IMG/VR virus record: IMGVR_UViG_3300048856_000042
Span: 1-61,120 of that record
DNA from: a virus
Lineage: Duplodnaviria; Caudoviricetes
Direction: 5' to 3' (one strand)
Length of the DNA: 61,120 bases
The notes below the pieces were generated by a model. That model was not told the DNA's origin, searched no databases, and saw only the letters and a list, made by a program, of their open reading frames with translations. The position numbers and the translations under genes are program-made. Of the stretch, positions 46,222-55,494 are shown piece by piece. The first letter of the stretch is position 1. Each line of letters begins with the position of its first letter.

Positions 46222-47979
46222 TCAGCCGAGCCACTCGGTGATGCTGTCTCGCATGCTTTCAAGGCTATCACGGGGGACCTCGACCATAGTGGGCTCGGGC
46301 TCAGTGACAACCGGGGGCTTTCCCGTGGCAGGATCAAGCTCGCCCGAGGCAAACTTGTCCGCAAATGCCCGTACCTTGGCGGTATCGATGTTACTGCACT
46401 CGGTACCCATGAACTCCTTGTGAAGACGGATCGGCTCGCCCTTGAGGTGTGGGTTCAGCTTTTCGACCAGGTAGTGAAGGAAGCCCAGCGTCTTGTATCC
46501 CAGATCATCCGAAGACGTCGTGATGTTGGGGTCGTTCTCAGACTTCCAGGCGTATGGATTTCGCTGACCTGTAGTGAGCGCGATCTTGTTGAGGGGACAG
46601 GTAAGAGTGATTCGTCCTGCCGAGGTAACGAAGTTGGCTCCCACATCAGGAGTTCGGTTCAGGAAGTCGGTGTTGCCATCGTGAGTACCCGACTGACCCG
46701 GGAGACCCCACCAATGAACATGAGACTCGATTGGCTTATAGGGGGTGTTGTTGTAGTACTTCTGAGCCTTGACATTCCAGAGGGGCTCTGCCATCATCTG
46801 CTGATCGAACTTCTCCTCGTAGCGAATCCACGAGGGGTAATCGCCAGCAGCCGGGGTCTTGATGTCTGGGGTTGCCGACGCTTCATCCACACCAGCCGGA
46901 GGGGTGACTGGCGGGGTTACCGGAGGCGGAGTTACTGGAGGCGGGGTCGTCGGCGGAGCGGTGATGGGAGCAGTCCAGGCGGTATTCCAGGTGCTGGGTC
47001 CGATCAGCTTGTCGACCACCAACCCCTTTTCCTGCTGGAACTGACCCACGATATCCGCTGTATTACCAGTAGGCTCTGTAGCACCCTTTGGACCATACAG
47101 ACCGTCGACCGTGATGGGCCAACCGCGGTCCTTCATCCGCTGCTGGAAGACCTTCAGATCCTCCCGGTGGGAATGCCACCCAGAAATCGAGTTGTCGCCA
47201 CCCGCTTCAGGACCGAACCACTTACCCGCAGGGAGGGGGAAGGGGGGATGACCCGATGGGTTGTTGACCTCAGTCCAGAACTTATCATGTCCCGCCTGAG
47301 TGCCCGGACCCCAGTCACCATCGATTTCCCCAGAGTACCAGCCGCGACCCCTCAGGTAGGTTTGGTATGCCTTGACCGCTGCTTCATACTTGGGACCGGC
47401 GATACCGTCCGCTCCAGTCGGACCAAGATCATAGCCTCGCGAGATGAGCCAGTTCTGACGGTCCTGAACTGCCTGAGAGAACCCTGGGGCAGTTCCCCCA
47501 CCGCCTCCACCGATGCTGCCTCGGAAGGTCTTATGCCAGGGTTCATTGAAGTTGTTGCCCTCGTTCTCGAAGCCGTAATTGCCGGCGTTTCGCTGCATCC
47601 ACTTATCACGGGGGGTGCCGAAGCGAGTAACTCCAGCATCAGAGCCCGAGTCGTAGATATCGAGGGAACGTGGCCCATTGGGACCATTCTCCTCGTGGTT
47701 CGAGGTGCCGGGGGTAGCCACCGTACCAGCCGCAGAAACTCGGTAATATCGAGTCCCGTTCCAGACTCGGGTGTCATAGACCTTTCGACCATTGACGTTA
47801 CCCGCAGTCACGTACCGACTCAGGAAGATATTGATCTGTTCCTGATGGGATCGCGTACCGCTTCGAACATGCATCGAGCAGCCGGTGTCTCGACGAAAGT
47901 CCGCTGCCATGCGACGGAAGGCACTGGCAACGTTCGTCTCTACCCTCTGACCATCGATGGTTTCATAGGTAAAAGCCAT
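46222..47979 (-). CDS. endolysin: M15-type peptidase, peptidoglycan-binding repeats, amidase_2-like domain
   Basis: R...SNHE...D...EPWH; ADGIAGP/IDGDWGP/VDGLYGP/VDKLIGP repeats; HWWG...E...H...C amidase pattern. Confidence 0.88.
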   Translation of the reverse strand: MAFTYETIDGQRVETNVASAFRRMAADFRRDTGCSMHVRSGTRSHQEQINIFLSRYVTAGNVNGRKVYDTRVWNGTRYYRVSAAGTVATPGTSNHEENGPNGPRSLDIYDSGSDAGVTRFGTPRDKWMQRNAGNYGFENEGNNFNEPWHKTFRGSIGGGGGGTAPGFSQAVQDRQNWLISRGYDLGPTGADGIAGPKYEAAVKAYQTYLRGRGWYSGEIDGDWGPGTQAGHDKFWTEVNNPSGHPPFPLPAGKWFGPEAGGDNSISGWHSHREDLKVFQQRMKDRGWPITVDGLYGPKGATEPTGNTADIVGQFQQEKGLVVDKLIGPSTWNTAWTAPITAPPTTPPPVTPPPVTPPVTPPAGVDEASATPDIKTPAAGDYPSWIRYEEKFDQQMMAEPLWNVKAQKYYNNTPYKPIESHVHWWGLPGQSGTHDGNTDFLNRTPDVGANFVTSAGRITLTCPLNKIALTTGQRNPYAWKSENDPNITTSSDDLGYKTLGFLHYLVEKLNPHLKGEPIRLHKEFMGTECSNIDTAKVRAFADKFASGELDPATGKPPVVTEPEPTMVEVPRDSLESMRDSITEWLG

Positions 47980-47985
47980 CTTGAA

Positions 47986-48291
47986 TCACCGCCCCTTGAC
48001 GAGCTCGTTGTCGGCGAAGCCAGGCTTCGGGGTGTCCGGACCATTGATGATTCGCTCCGGACGGATGTCATCACCCTCCGAGACGTAAACGGTGTCATCG
48101 AGCTTTACGCCGGAGACAACGATCAGGTTGTCATCCTCGTCAAGCCCATAAGAATCTGCGGTACCATCGCCGTCGAGGTCGACATCCGAGGGCAGGAGGG
48201 GGTTTTCGATCCCACTCTCCCGATATCCGATCAGGATGTTCTTGATTTCGACTTCGTCTTCGGCAGAGAGACCCGTAGCAAGAGTGCTCAT
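47986..48291 (-). CDS. acidic hypothetical protein
   Basis: DVDLDGDGTAD Ca-binding-like motif; own extended -10. Confidence 0.65.
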   Translation of the reverse strand: MSTLATGLSAEDEVEIKNILIGYRESGIENPLLPSDVDLDGDGTADSYGLDEDDNLIVVSGVKLDDTVYVSEGDDIRPERIINGPDTPKPGFADNELVKGR

Positions 48292-48339
48292 ATCAATCCC
48301 CTTTCCTGCTATGACCCTATCACAGCAGGGAGGACGATT

Positions 48340-48687
48340 CTAATACCAAGTAGCTACCATGTCCCCATCGACATTGGTGAGCACCAGGTGATGCTTAAGA
48401 GGTGTCCGATTTTGCATATCCTCACGACTGGGACCTACCAGACCACCAGGATGCGTATGCCAAATGACAACGTCATCGTTCATTCGATCAAGCGGAACTT
48501 TGAAATGGAGAACTGCAGTCTTCAGTTCGGAAAGGTAGAAGAGGAATTGGTTGTGTGGATGTTCTGAGTGGTTATACAGGACATGCACTTCCTTTTCTCG
48601 GACAATGATACCGCCCACCTCGTTGGGCAAAGCATCCGCCATCAGCATCTTCAGCGAGGTTTCTACCTTGCCCTCGATTTGAAACAT
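48340..48687 (-). CDS. JAB/MPN metalloprotease-domain protein
   Basis: PNEVGG...WHTHPGGLVGPSREDM (E-HxH-x7-S-xx-D). Confidence 0.85.
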   Translation of the reverse strand: MFQIEGKVETSLKMLMADALPNEVGGIIVREKEVHVLYNHSEHPHNQFLFYLSELKTAVLHFKVPLDRMNDDVVIWHTHPGGLVGPSREDMQNRTPLKHHLVLTNVDGDMVATWY

Positions 48688-49004
48688 TAACCCTTGCCCG
48701 AGAAGATTCGGATGATATCCTGCTTAGTAAGTAGCTCTCTACCGACCCCATCGAAACTGATCTGTTTCTCCGCGAGTACCTCGATCAGTGTGGCAAAGGC
48801 CATACCTAGATCAGGCCCCACACCAGCCGAGGTGGGAGGAGGGTCATCACGGTGACGGGGCGCCTCCTTTGCGGGAGGCTTGCCCTGTTCGAGGGGGATG
48901 AGTTGACCATCCGTAGAGAACTTGTGCATCTTGTCACCATGCTCGTCCCGAACGGTACCGCAAACCTCACATACATCGTCAGGACTGATCGTCAGATCAA
49001 CCAT
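48687..49004 (-). CDS. hypothetical protein
   Basis: CEVCG...H...H; GAGGAG RBS. Confidence 0.65.
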   Translation of the reverse strand: MVDLTISPDDVCEVCGTVRDEHGDKMHKFSTDGQLIPLEQGKPPAKEAPRHRDDPPPTSAGVGPDLGMAFATLIEVLAEKQISFDGVGRELLTKQDIIRIFSGKG

Positions 49005-49779
49005 CACTGCTCTCCTCTTCATCTTCGTCGCGGAAGGCCGCGAGCTCCATCGTGACACCCGGCATATGACCGGGGAAGAACCCGCCAGCATCATCAGGGT
49101 TGACCATGACCGCGCCCAAGATGCCCTGGAGCTTAACCGAGACATCCGACTCGATGTGCTGAGTGGGCTTACCAATGAGGTGCTCGATCAAGAACTTAGC
49201 AGCATCTACCTTAGTACCTGCAGCGACTACCGGCTTACCCCGATTATCCAGTTCCTGATCGGTGATGATTTCGCCGAGGACCTTGATAGCATCCACCGTA
49301 GCGACCCTCATACCCGTGCGAATAACCGAAGTGAATCGATCCATCGCCTCCTCGTGCATCTCCATCGTGACGTACTCTGGAGAAGGTCCACTGAACGTGC
49401 CATCCTTATTGCGAGGCCTACCACGAGCGAGTTCTTCGTTATCCCACTCTCGCAAGGGCTTCTTGTAGAGCACTGCAGCTTCAGCCTCAGACAGCTTTGT
49501 CTTTTCCTTGAAGCGCTTCAGTGCACGCTTACGACGTCGATACACCTGCTGCTTATTGAGCGCGTAGCCCTCAGCAGTCATCGGCGCCGTGTTATCCTGC
49601 CAATTACCACTGGCATGCTGAAGCTTATTCGCATACGTCAGATCAAGGACTCTCGGGGTTGCGAGGGGTTCCTCCAACGCGGCGTTGTGCAACCTTGCCA
49701 ATTCGGACTGGAGTGCCCGACGCTGTGATCGCTCGAGGCTCTGCTCCGGGCTTTTGACGAGGTGTGCCTTGTCCTTCAT
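48997..49779 (-). CDS. putative terminase small subunit (start uncertain)
   Basis: Basic, GRPRNKDG, KVDAAKFLIEHLIGKPTQ TerS-like C-terminus; start of virion operon. Confidence 0.5.
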   Translation of the reverse strand: MKDKAHLVKSPEQSLERSQRRALQSELARLHNAALEEPLATPRVLDLTYANKLQHASGNWQDNTAPMTAEGYALNKQQVYRRRKRALKRFKEKTKLSEAEAAVLYKKPLREWDNEELARGRPRNKDGTFSGPSPEYVTMEMHEEAMDRFTSVIRTGMRVATVDAIKVLGEIITDQELDNRGKPVVAAGTKVDAAKFLIEHLIGKPTQHIESDVSVKLQGILGAVMVNPDDAGGFFPGHMPGVTMELAAFRDEDEEESSDG

Positions 49780-49981
49780 AGTGCTGCTCAGCCTTCGGTT
49801 TGTGGACGCGAGGGTTCGGGTCAGACCGCTTCTGGGTCTTGATATTCGACTGGGTCGATCCCATGGTCTTGAGGATGAGATTGCGGGTGTACTGAAGCTC
49901 ATCGAAAATCTTGATGCAGTACCAAAGAATGAAACCCAGGAGGCCTATGCCGACCAGTCCCAAGAACAAAATCAGCTCCAT
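49643..49981 (-). CDS. small membrane protein
   Basis: N-terminal TM helix; RBS and extended -10 upstream. Confidence 0.55.
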   Translation of the reverse strand: MELILFLGLVGIGLLGFILWYCIKIFDELQYTRNLILKTMGSTQSNIKTQKRSDPNPRVHKPKAEQHYEGQGTPRQKPGAEPRAITASGTPVRIGKVAQRRVGGTPRNPESP

Positions 49982-50042
49982 GTCAACCCTTTCCTCGCTT
50001 CACCCTATCACGGGGCGACTGTGAGGGGCAAGGATCGATGCC

Positions 50043-50498
50043 TCAATATCGCTTGCGCGATGATGCATTGATCGCTGATTGGCGCGCGAGATCGAGCCCC
50101 AGGCCGCTTCGGGTATCGCCTATCAGTCGATTGATCGCGCTATCAGTCATCACCCCATCGTGCTCCCGGATGAAGATAATCCCATCCGCTCGCTTGAGTC
50201 GACGAGCCTGTTCCTCGATGTAGAAGTCGTGAGAACCAATACCTTTGGGCGACATTTGCTTATAGTAGTTCGAGACAAAAACCGCCCATTTGATCGCCAT
50301 CTCGAACGTGTAGAATGTGCGACTGTGGCGCTTCGCCTGACCGGTAGTCCATGCGCGCCATTGCCCATTGACCTTCTGGCGTACTGACCATCGACCCCCC
50401 CTCACGGGAGGCTTGCCGACAGATTTGAACTGGGGCGGATACGCATTATTGTACCGACCGCGAGTAGCGAAGCCGTGATCGTACCTAGGTCGAGTCAC
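50043..50498 (-). CDS. hypothetical basic protein
   Basis: Coupled ORF. Confidence 0.6.
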   Translation of the reverse strand: MTRPRYDHGFATRGRYNNAYPPQFKSVGKPPVRGGRWSVRQKVNGQWRAWTTGQAKRHSRTFYTFEMAIKWAVFVSNYYKQMSPKGIGSHDFYIEEQARRLKRADGIIFIREHDGVMTDSAINRLIGDTRSGLGLDLARQSAINASSRKRY

Positions 50499-50668
50499 TT
50501 CTTTTTCGCCCTCGTGAAGGTCAGTCGCTCACGCTTGACATTGGTCATGGTATCGTTCGAGAGCAGGATACGGAAGTACCCATCGCCCTGGTAGTCGATG
50601 ACTCGGACCCTCTTGCCCTGGTAGCGAGCATAGCGGGGGATGTTGTCAGCATTCGCCTGATCGGTCAT
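50495..50668 (-). CDS. small hypothetical protein (leaderless)
   Basis: MTDQANAD at the predicted +1 of TTGATA-N17-TATAAT (50703-50675). Confidence 0.7.
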   Translation of the reverse strand: MTDQANADNIPRYARYQGKRVRVIDYQGDGYFRILLSNDTMTNVKRERLTFTRAKKK

Positions 50669-50707
50669 GCTTCGATTATATCTACCCCAGATACACATAT
50701 CAACTGT

Positions 50708-50971
50708 TCAGTAACTCGACTCACACATATGGGGAACGTATACGATGGGGATCTGTTCGACATGATGGTCAGGGTACTTCTTCACCACTATGTCTGATAT
50801 TTGCTTATTAGGGTTACACATGGGTGATGAATAAAGGGGCGATCGTTCAGTGCGCCGGTAGAACAGTAGTTCTCCCCATTTATTTACCAACCACCATTCA
50901 TTTACTTTGACTTCGAAAAGCCCTGAGCGTGGCGTGGAGAGATTCTCGAGTTTTTCTTCGCGGTATGGCAT
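50708..50971 (-). CDS. hypothetical protein
   Basis: Coupled ORF. Confidence 0.65.
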   Translation of the reverse strand: MPYREEKLENLSTPRSGLFEVKVNEWWLVNKWGELLFYRRTERSPLYSSPMCNPNKQISDIVVKKYPDHHVEQIPIVYVPHMCESSY

Positions 50972-51480
50972 TACAGTCCCATCTCTTGTCGAAGCTTATC
51001 GAGTTCGATCCACTTCTCATGTGATCCGCCCGTATCAGGATGACACTTGCGCTGAGCTTTCTTCAGCAAGGCCTTATCCTCCATCAATTGAGCTACTGCC
51101 CAATCGATACCCGCCATCTCAGCGAGCTTGGCCTTACGAGTGTTAGTTGATGTTTTACCCCCGGTTCCGGGAGGTGTGTAGTGAAATCTATTGTATTGAG
51201 TGTAAGCGCTAAAGAATGACTCGAACGGGTCACCCCCATCGGATCGTCCCGTGAAATTGAACGTGGGCCGTTCTTCACGTCTTTGTCTGTCTCTCTGATA
51301 TTGTTCCTGAGTGCGTCTTCTTTGTTGATCTTGCCAGAAAGTCTCGTGAACTCCAATGCGATTCAACAACAACCATAAAAGGTTATCGTCGTCCTCATCG
51401 ATGTAGTAAGTGCGTTCTTGCACTTTGGAATCATCGAGAATCCCACTCTCGACTGTGATCTTGTAGTAGTTTTTAGGCAC
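50971..51480 (-). CDS. J-domain (DnaJ-like) protein
   Basis: C-terminal LKKAQRKCHPDTGGSHEKWIEL with HPD motif. Confidence 0.75.
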   Translation of the reverse strand: MPKNYYKITVESGILDDSKVQERTYYIDEDDDNLLWLLLNRIGVHETFWQDQQRRRTQEQYQRDRQRREERPTFNFTGRSDGGDPFESFFSAYTQYNRFHYTPPGTGGKTSTNTRKAKLAEMAGIDWAVAQLMEDKALLKKAQRKCHPDTGGSHEKWIELDKLRQEMGL

Positions 51481-51877
51481 TGGTTTCAGCCTGCTTCTTG
51501 CGAATCGTTAGTACTGACTCGGGCATTTCATTGGAGTCTTCCCAAGTGTAACCTGGCAAATTATGAATATCGCAGGGTCGCTTACCGTAGTAGCCGTGAT
51601 TGCGACATGCGGCATCCATGGTATTTCCCCATTCATGGTCCTCACAAGTGCAGCAGAAACACTCGAGTCGTTCCTTTTCGACCCAGTTCGAGACCCACAC
51701 CACCCGTTCGCTGATCGACTCGATGGAGACGCGTCGCTCAGTAACGAAGGCTCCGTTCTTCAGGGTAATTCGCTTCACCTCGTAAACAGAGGCGTGATGA
51801 TCATGCTCATCTACCCGAAGAAACTTCAGACCCTCGATGGCCGCAAGTCGTTTCTCATGCTTCTCGCCAGTGCTCAT
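51473..51877 (-). CDS. Cys/His-rich hypothetical protein
   Basis: CFCCTC...CRNHG...CDIH. Confidence 0.65.
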   Translation of the reverse strand: MSTGEKHEKRLAAIEGLKFLRVDEHDHHASVYEVKRITLKNGAFVTERRVSIESISERVVWVSNWVEKERLECFCCTCEDHEWGNTMDAACRNHGYYGKRPCDIHNLPGYTWEDSNEMPESVLTIRKKQAETSA

Positions 51878-52146
51878 GCGCTATCTCTTTCGTACTTCTT
51901 CTTTTGAACATTGGCGGCGATGAGGCCGATACCCACTAGAGCCATCGCTATGGCAATTCCGAGCATGCCCAGCGCCATTGCTGGGTCACTCCCCGTTGTG
52001 GCCAACGGGGCAGGCTGTTGGGTGGCGCAAACGGCAGTGTTGTTGCCGATCTTCCATCCATATTCGCACTCGGGCAAGTTCACTTGTTCTTCGGGCGGAC
52101 AAGCATACCCCTTGCATTCATCTACGGTGAGCATAATTGTGGACAT
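51874..52146 (-). CDS. small protein with LAxTG sortase-type sorting signal
   Basis: PLATTGSD + hydrophobic helix + KKK tail. Confidence 0.65.
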   Translation of the reverse strand: MSTIMLTVDECKGYACPPEEQVNLPECEYGWKIGNNTAVCATQQPAPLATTGSDPAMALGMLGIAIAMALVGIGLIAANVQKKKYERDSA

Positions 52147-52460
52147 TGTACTACCTCTTCCCCCTTTTTTCTGAAGAATCTGATTCGGTGCTTTTCCTTG
52201 AGCCACTCGTGAACCTCGTGCTCGTAGAACTTTCTATGACCCAAGATCTTGAGGCTGGGAAGATCATGGTAGGTGTAGTAAAGGTAGACCGATTTCTCGG
52301 ATACTCCGATCATCTCGGCGACCTCAGAGATGCTCAGGATAACGCCCTCATCCAGGCAGTTGCGCATACGCACGATCAAATCAAGGAGCGATTCAGGATC
52401 AAGCTTGGTAGCCTTGAATGACTCTGCGATCAGTTCGTCGCGCAGTTCAGCAGTAGCCAT
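52122..52460 (-). CDS. excisionase-like HTH DNA-binding protein
   Basis: LSISEVAEMIGVSEKSVY...LPSLKILGHRKF...EVHEWL. Confidence 0.8.
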   Translation of the reverse strand: MATAELRDELIAESFKATKLDPESLLDLIVRMRNCLDEGVILSISEVAEMIGVSEKSVYLYYTYHDLPSLKILGHRKFYEHEVHEWLKEKHRIRFFRKKGEEVVQCPQLCSP

Positions 52461-52675
52461 TACAAGTACCTCCTGACATAATGATCGACGTATTTACCCC
52501 GACTACTGAAGTTTGTGCCACATCGGGGACACTGCACCTTATTACCACGAAGAACGTACCTTGGTTCCTCCACTCCTTCGGGCAACAGGCCGCTCGGGGT
52601 AGATGCCTCTTGGTACGTATCCGGGAGCCTCGTTAGTATCCCAAGCATCAAGTCGGACATCTTTGGCTTCTTCAC
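52460..52675 (-). CDS. small Zn-finger-like protein
   Basis: CPRCGTNF...H. Confidence 0.55.
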   Translation of the reverse strand: MKKPKMSDLMLGILTRLPDTYQEASTPSGLLPEGVEEPRYVLRGNKVQCPRCGTNFSSRGKYVDHYVRRYL

Positions 52676-52725
52676 GAATGAGCTCCATGATGGTCTCTAG
52701 CACGGAGTCAGGGATCGCCCTGACT

Positions 52726-52932
52726 TTAATGGTTGCGTTCTTCATAGTGACCATACATCCTGAACGTGGGAGTCTTGCCCTTGTCAAGATCGGCAGCGAG
52801 CTCGGGCATCGACTCCTTCCGCTCAGCCGACTTGACCATGGCGATTCCGATGGCCGAGAGTACGAAGCCGATGAATGCAATGATAAGGAAACCCAAGGCA
52901 AGCTGAATGCCCGGGTCGATTGAATTGATCAT
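52726..52932 (-). CDS. small membrane protein (leaderless)
   Basis: TM helix; ATG at the predicted +1 of TTGACC-N17-TATGAT (52967-52939). Confidence 0.7.
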   Translation of the reverse strand: MINSIDPGIQLALGFLIIAFIGFVLSAIGIAMVKSAERKESMPELAADLDKGKTPTFRMYGHYEERNH

Positions 52933-52979
52933 ACCTAGATCATATATCATCCCCGTTACCAGGTCAAGGCATGGCACAC

Positions 52980-53207
52980 TTAGGATTCTGACGGACCCTT
53001 TATAGCCCAGGGGCTATCAGGACATTTGTTCCTCTCAACGATCAGGCAGGTAATGAGGTGATCCAGTTCGGCGTCATTTTCAAGCGCGATGATCCCCCGT
53101 ATCCCATGCTCGAGTCGCTCAACGAGAATCGATGTGCTATGGTCAAAGTCAGGGGCAGTGCCTGGCCCATAATGTTTGATCATGAACTTGGGCTCGGATC
53201 GGACCAT
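52980..53207 (-). CDS. hypothetical protein
   Basis: ORF in minus-strand operon. Confidence 0.55.
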   Translation of the reverse strand: MVRSEPKFMIKHYGPGTAPDFDHSTSILVERLEHGIRGIIALENDAELDHLITCLIVERNKCPDSPWAIKGPSES

Positions 53208-53209
53208 GA

Positions 53210-53371
53210 TCAGACTTCCGAGGTATCGATGGGGACGTAGAAAATACGACCAATGCGTCGATTCATGTCATCGGCCTCAGTCTTGTTCTCGATGGAGTAA
53301 CTCTTCACCCACTTCTGACCATCCCAAAACTTGAACCGGGCGAACTTCATAGGTTGCTTCTTAGGGGGCAT
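53210..53371 (-). CDS. small hypothetical protein (53 aa)
   Basis: MPPKKQPMKFARFKFWDG; downstream of TGATAAAGT. Confidence 0.55.
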   Translation of the reverse strand: MPPKKQPMKFARFKFWDGQKWVKSYSIENKTEADDMNRRIGRIFYVPIDTSEV

Positions 53372-53413
53372 TAATCTTCTCTTTCTGTCGTATAACGGGG
53401 TTTGATAACTTTA

Positions 53414-53860
53414 TCAGCTCTTATCCGAGGGCCACCAAAGCTCCTCGCCCTTGGTCTCAGTCTCGAACGATGTGGGACGAACCAGCCACTCATTCATGGA
53501 CCGATCCTCAGGGGCTTTTGCCAGCTCTGCTTCGCACTTGCCGCAACGATTGCTCTTGATCGAGTCACGGTACATCGCTCGGCCGTACTGATTGCTGGCT
53601 AGAATGAAGTCGAATGTATAGACGTACCCGCACAAAGCACGAACATGCATCTCCACTTTGTCAAGATGGGGGTTATTCGGGTATGGAGTGCGCGTCTGAA
53701 TGATGTCCACACCAGCATGCCAATACTTCGGCGCAAACTCAACTGTTTTCATACCGCCCGGCAGTTGAACGCGGCGCCTGTATTTCTCCCGCTTGAACCA
53801 AGGCCGCTTAAGAGCCCCTCGCCAGGTGACTAACTCAGGCTTACTCAGTTGATCGGTCAT
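53414..53860 (-). CDS. hypothetical Zn-binding protein
   Basis: WH...ALCG...CGKC; GGAGG RBS. Confidence 0.65.
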   Translation of the reverse strand: MTDQLSKPELVTWRGALKRPWFKREKYRRRVQLPGGMKTVEFAPKYWHAGVDIIQTRTPYPNNPHLDKVEMHVRALCGYVYTFDFILASNQYGRAMYRDSIKSNRCGKCEAELAKAPEDRSMNEWLVRPTSFETETKGEELWWPSDKS

Positions 53861-54050
53861 CTATAGCCTCCGTGGTATGTGTGAGTGGCGTAGGGGGATC
53901 ATCAGGGGGCAGCGGTTCCTTGGTGGTCAGCGAGGGCATCATCAGCCACCCAAGTAGCGCAAGTACCGCACCCAATCCGAGAAAGACGAGCACGATCAGC
54001 AGTAACTGAATGAGTACGTTCTCAGTGGGACTGATTGCCATGAAGATCAT
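53841..54050 (-). CDS. small membrane protein
   Basis: TM helix plus Pro-rich tail. Confidence 0.6.
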   Translation of the reverse strand: MIFMAISPTENVLIQLLLIVLVFLGLGAVLALLGWLMMPSLTTKEPLPPDDPPTPLTHTTEAIDDRSTE

Positions 54051-54538
54051 GACTTGAACCGATTCTGTAGCTTAGGGTACGCATCGAATAAGCGCATGGA
54101 AATTCTCTCGTATTCCGCACGCGTTATCTCATATACACCAGGAGTCACCGGCCGGCGATCATGGAAGACCATCCGATGACACTGAGTGCACTTATATACC
54201 GGCTGGCGTGTGATCGATGAGTGACCCATAAGAGTGGTCGTGGTGTGAGGACAAGGATCGTCAGAAGCGGGAGGAATCTCATCCATCGGCTCCCAGTTTC
54301 GCTTCATGGCGAGAGCGCGGAAGATGGGATATTCTTCACGAGCAGTCTCATCGTCGATGAACTTCCAACAGCGGAAGTAGTGAGTCGGCCTGTCCCGGTG
54401 TGGATACTGATGGGGGTAAAATACCAGTTCCCAGTCCTTGTCTTCTCGGGAGGGTGTTGTGTAAGTCACGTAATCGTTCTCGAAGAAGTTGTCGGGGTCA
54501 ATTCGGCCCTTGTTCAGGAAAGTGTATGTCTCAGTCAT
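54047..54538 (-). CDS. hypothetical protein
   Basis: CPH...CTQC; GAGG RBS. Confidence 0.65.
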   Translation of the reverse strand: MTETYTFLNKGRIDPDNFFENDYVTYTTPSREDKDWELVFYPHQYPHRDRPTHYFRCWKFIDDETAREEYPIFRALAMKRNWEPMDEIPPASDDPCPHTTTTLMGHSSITRQPVYKCTQCHRMVFHDRRPVTPGVYEITRAEYERISMRLFDAYPKLQNRFKS

Positions 54539-54539
54539 T

Positions 54540-54680
54540 TTACTTGCCCCTCTCTTTCATCAGTACCAAGCTAAGACTCCAGGTATGACCCCGATGGTCC
54601 TTGAATGTAAGGCTCAACGGCTTCTTCGCTCGCACTGCCTTTTTGATCTCCTTGAGTAAGACCTCAGGTTCTTCAGCCAT
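54540..54680 (-). CDS. small hypothetical protein (46 aa)
   Basis: Fills the operon gap exactly. Confidence 0.5.
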   Translation of the reverse strand: MAEEPEVLLKEIKKAVRAKKPLSLTFKDHRGHTWSLSLVLMKERGK

Positions 54681-54682
54681 AA

Positions 54683-55186
54683 TCAAAAGAGTCCTAGCAG
54701 TTCAGCGCGAAGCTTCTCGCGTCGGCGGGTGAGTTCTTCGAAGAGAAAGGACAGAGTCCAGTTCTCAGGATTGTGAACATTACCATAGGCGATCTTGCCT
54801 TGTCGGAGAGCTTCCTCGATTGATGAGAGCTCCTGCCCGATTTCAATTGCTCGCGCAAGAGGTGTGGGAGGTTCGGAAGGCTCGGTACGAGGGCCATCTT
54901 GGAAGTCAATCCGCTGATAAAAGTAGTCCATTGCTTCGAGCGTGAGTTGACCGAAGTTATCGGCGAGGTTCTCTTGCTCCGGGTGCTCGAGTGCGTAATG
55001 AAGCAGGTTCAGGATCGACTGCGTATTGTAAGCGAGTTCGGCGATTGGACCATCCTCGTCGACCAGATTCTCGGTTAGTGCGAAGGATGCTTCATAGGCC
55101 TGCTTGACTGGCTCGGAGAGTACGTCGATCGATGGAAAGGGCATCGGCGAAGGCGTCGAGTGGGGCGAAGGTTCTTGGTTGATCAT
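54683..55186 (-). CDS. hypothetical protein (leaderless)
   Basis: ATG at the predicted +1 of TGATATGAT. Confidence 0.7.
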   Translation of the reverse strand: MINQEPSPHSTPSPMPFPSIDVLSEPVKQAYEASFALTENLVDEDGPIAELAYNTQSILNLLHYALEHPEQENLADNFGQLTLEAMDYFYQRIDFQDGPRTEPSEPPTPLARAIEIGQELSSIEEALRQGKIAYGNVHNPENWTLSFLFEELTRRREKLRAELLGLF

Positions 55187-55494
55187 GCATCGATCATATC
55201 ACCCCCTGGTGACTCTGTATACTGATACGATCTCATCGTATTGAGAGAGGTATACAGTGGATGGACTTTCAGGGAGAGCTCACAGTCCGCGCCAACTATG
55301 GTCCGTGATTTCCCCCCTTGACTTTTTGCACTTTTTCTGATAGGGGGGTTCAGCGATCGTTGGTTATTGAGAATCGTTATCAATTAGAAAAAATATCAAA
55401 AATCGCTTTGCAATCAATCGATTCATGATAGACTTTCATTAACAACTTAAGAGAGAAACATTCAAATCAAATCAATGATAAGGACGTGATTCAA

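Noticed and set aside
46183-48567. 794-aa plus-strand ORF
   Set aside because: Antisense shadow of the endolysin and neighbours; no motifs, and the minus-strand genes have clear function
52122-52460. Excisionase implying a temperate lifestyle
   Set aside because: No integrase or immunity repressor recognised; the fold is common in lytic phage regulators
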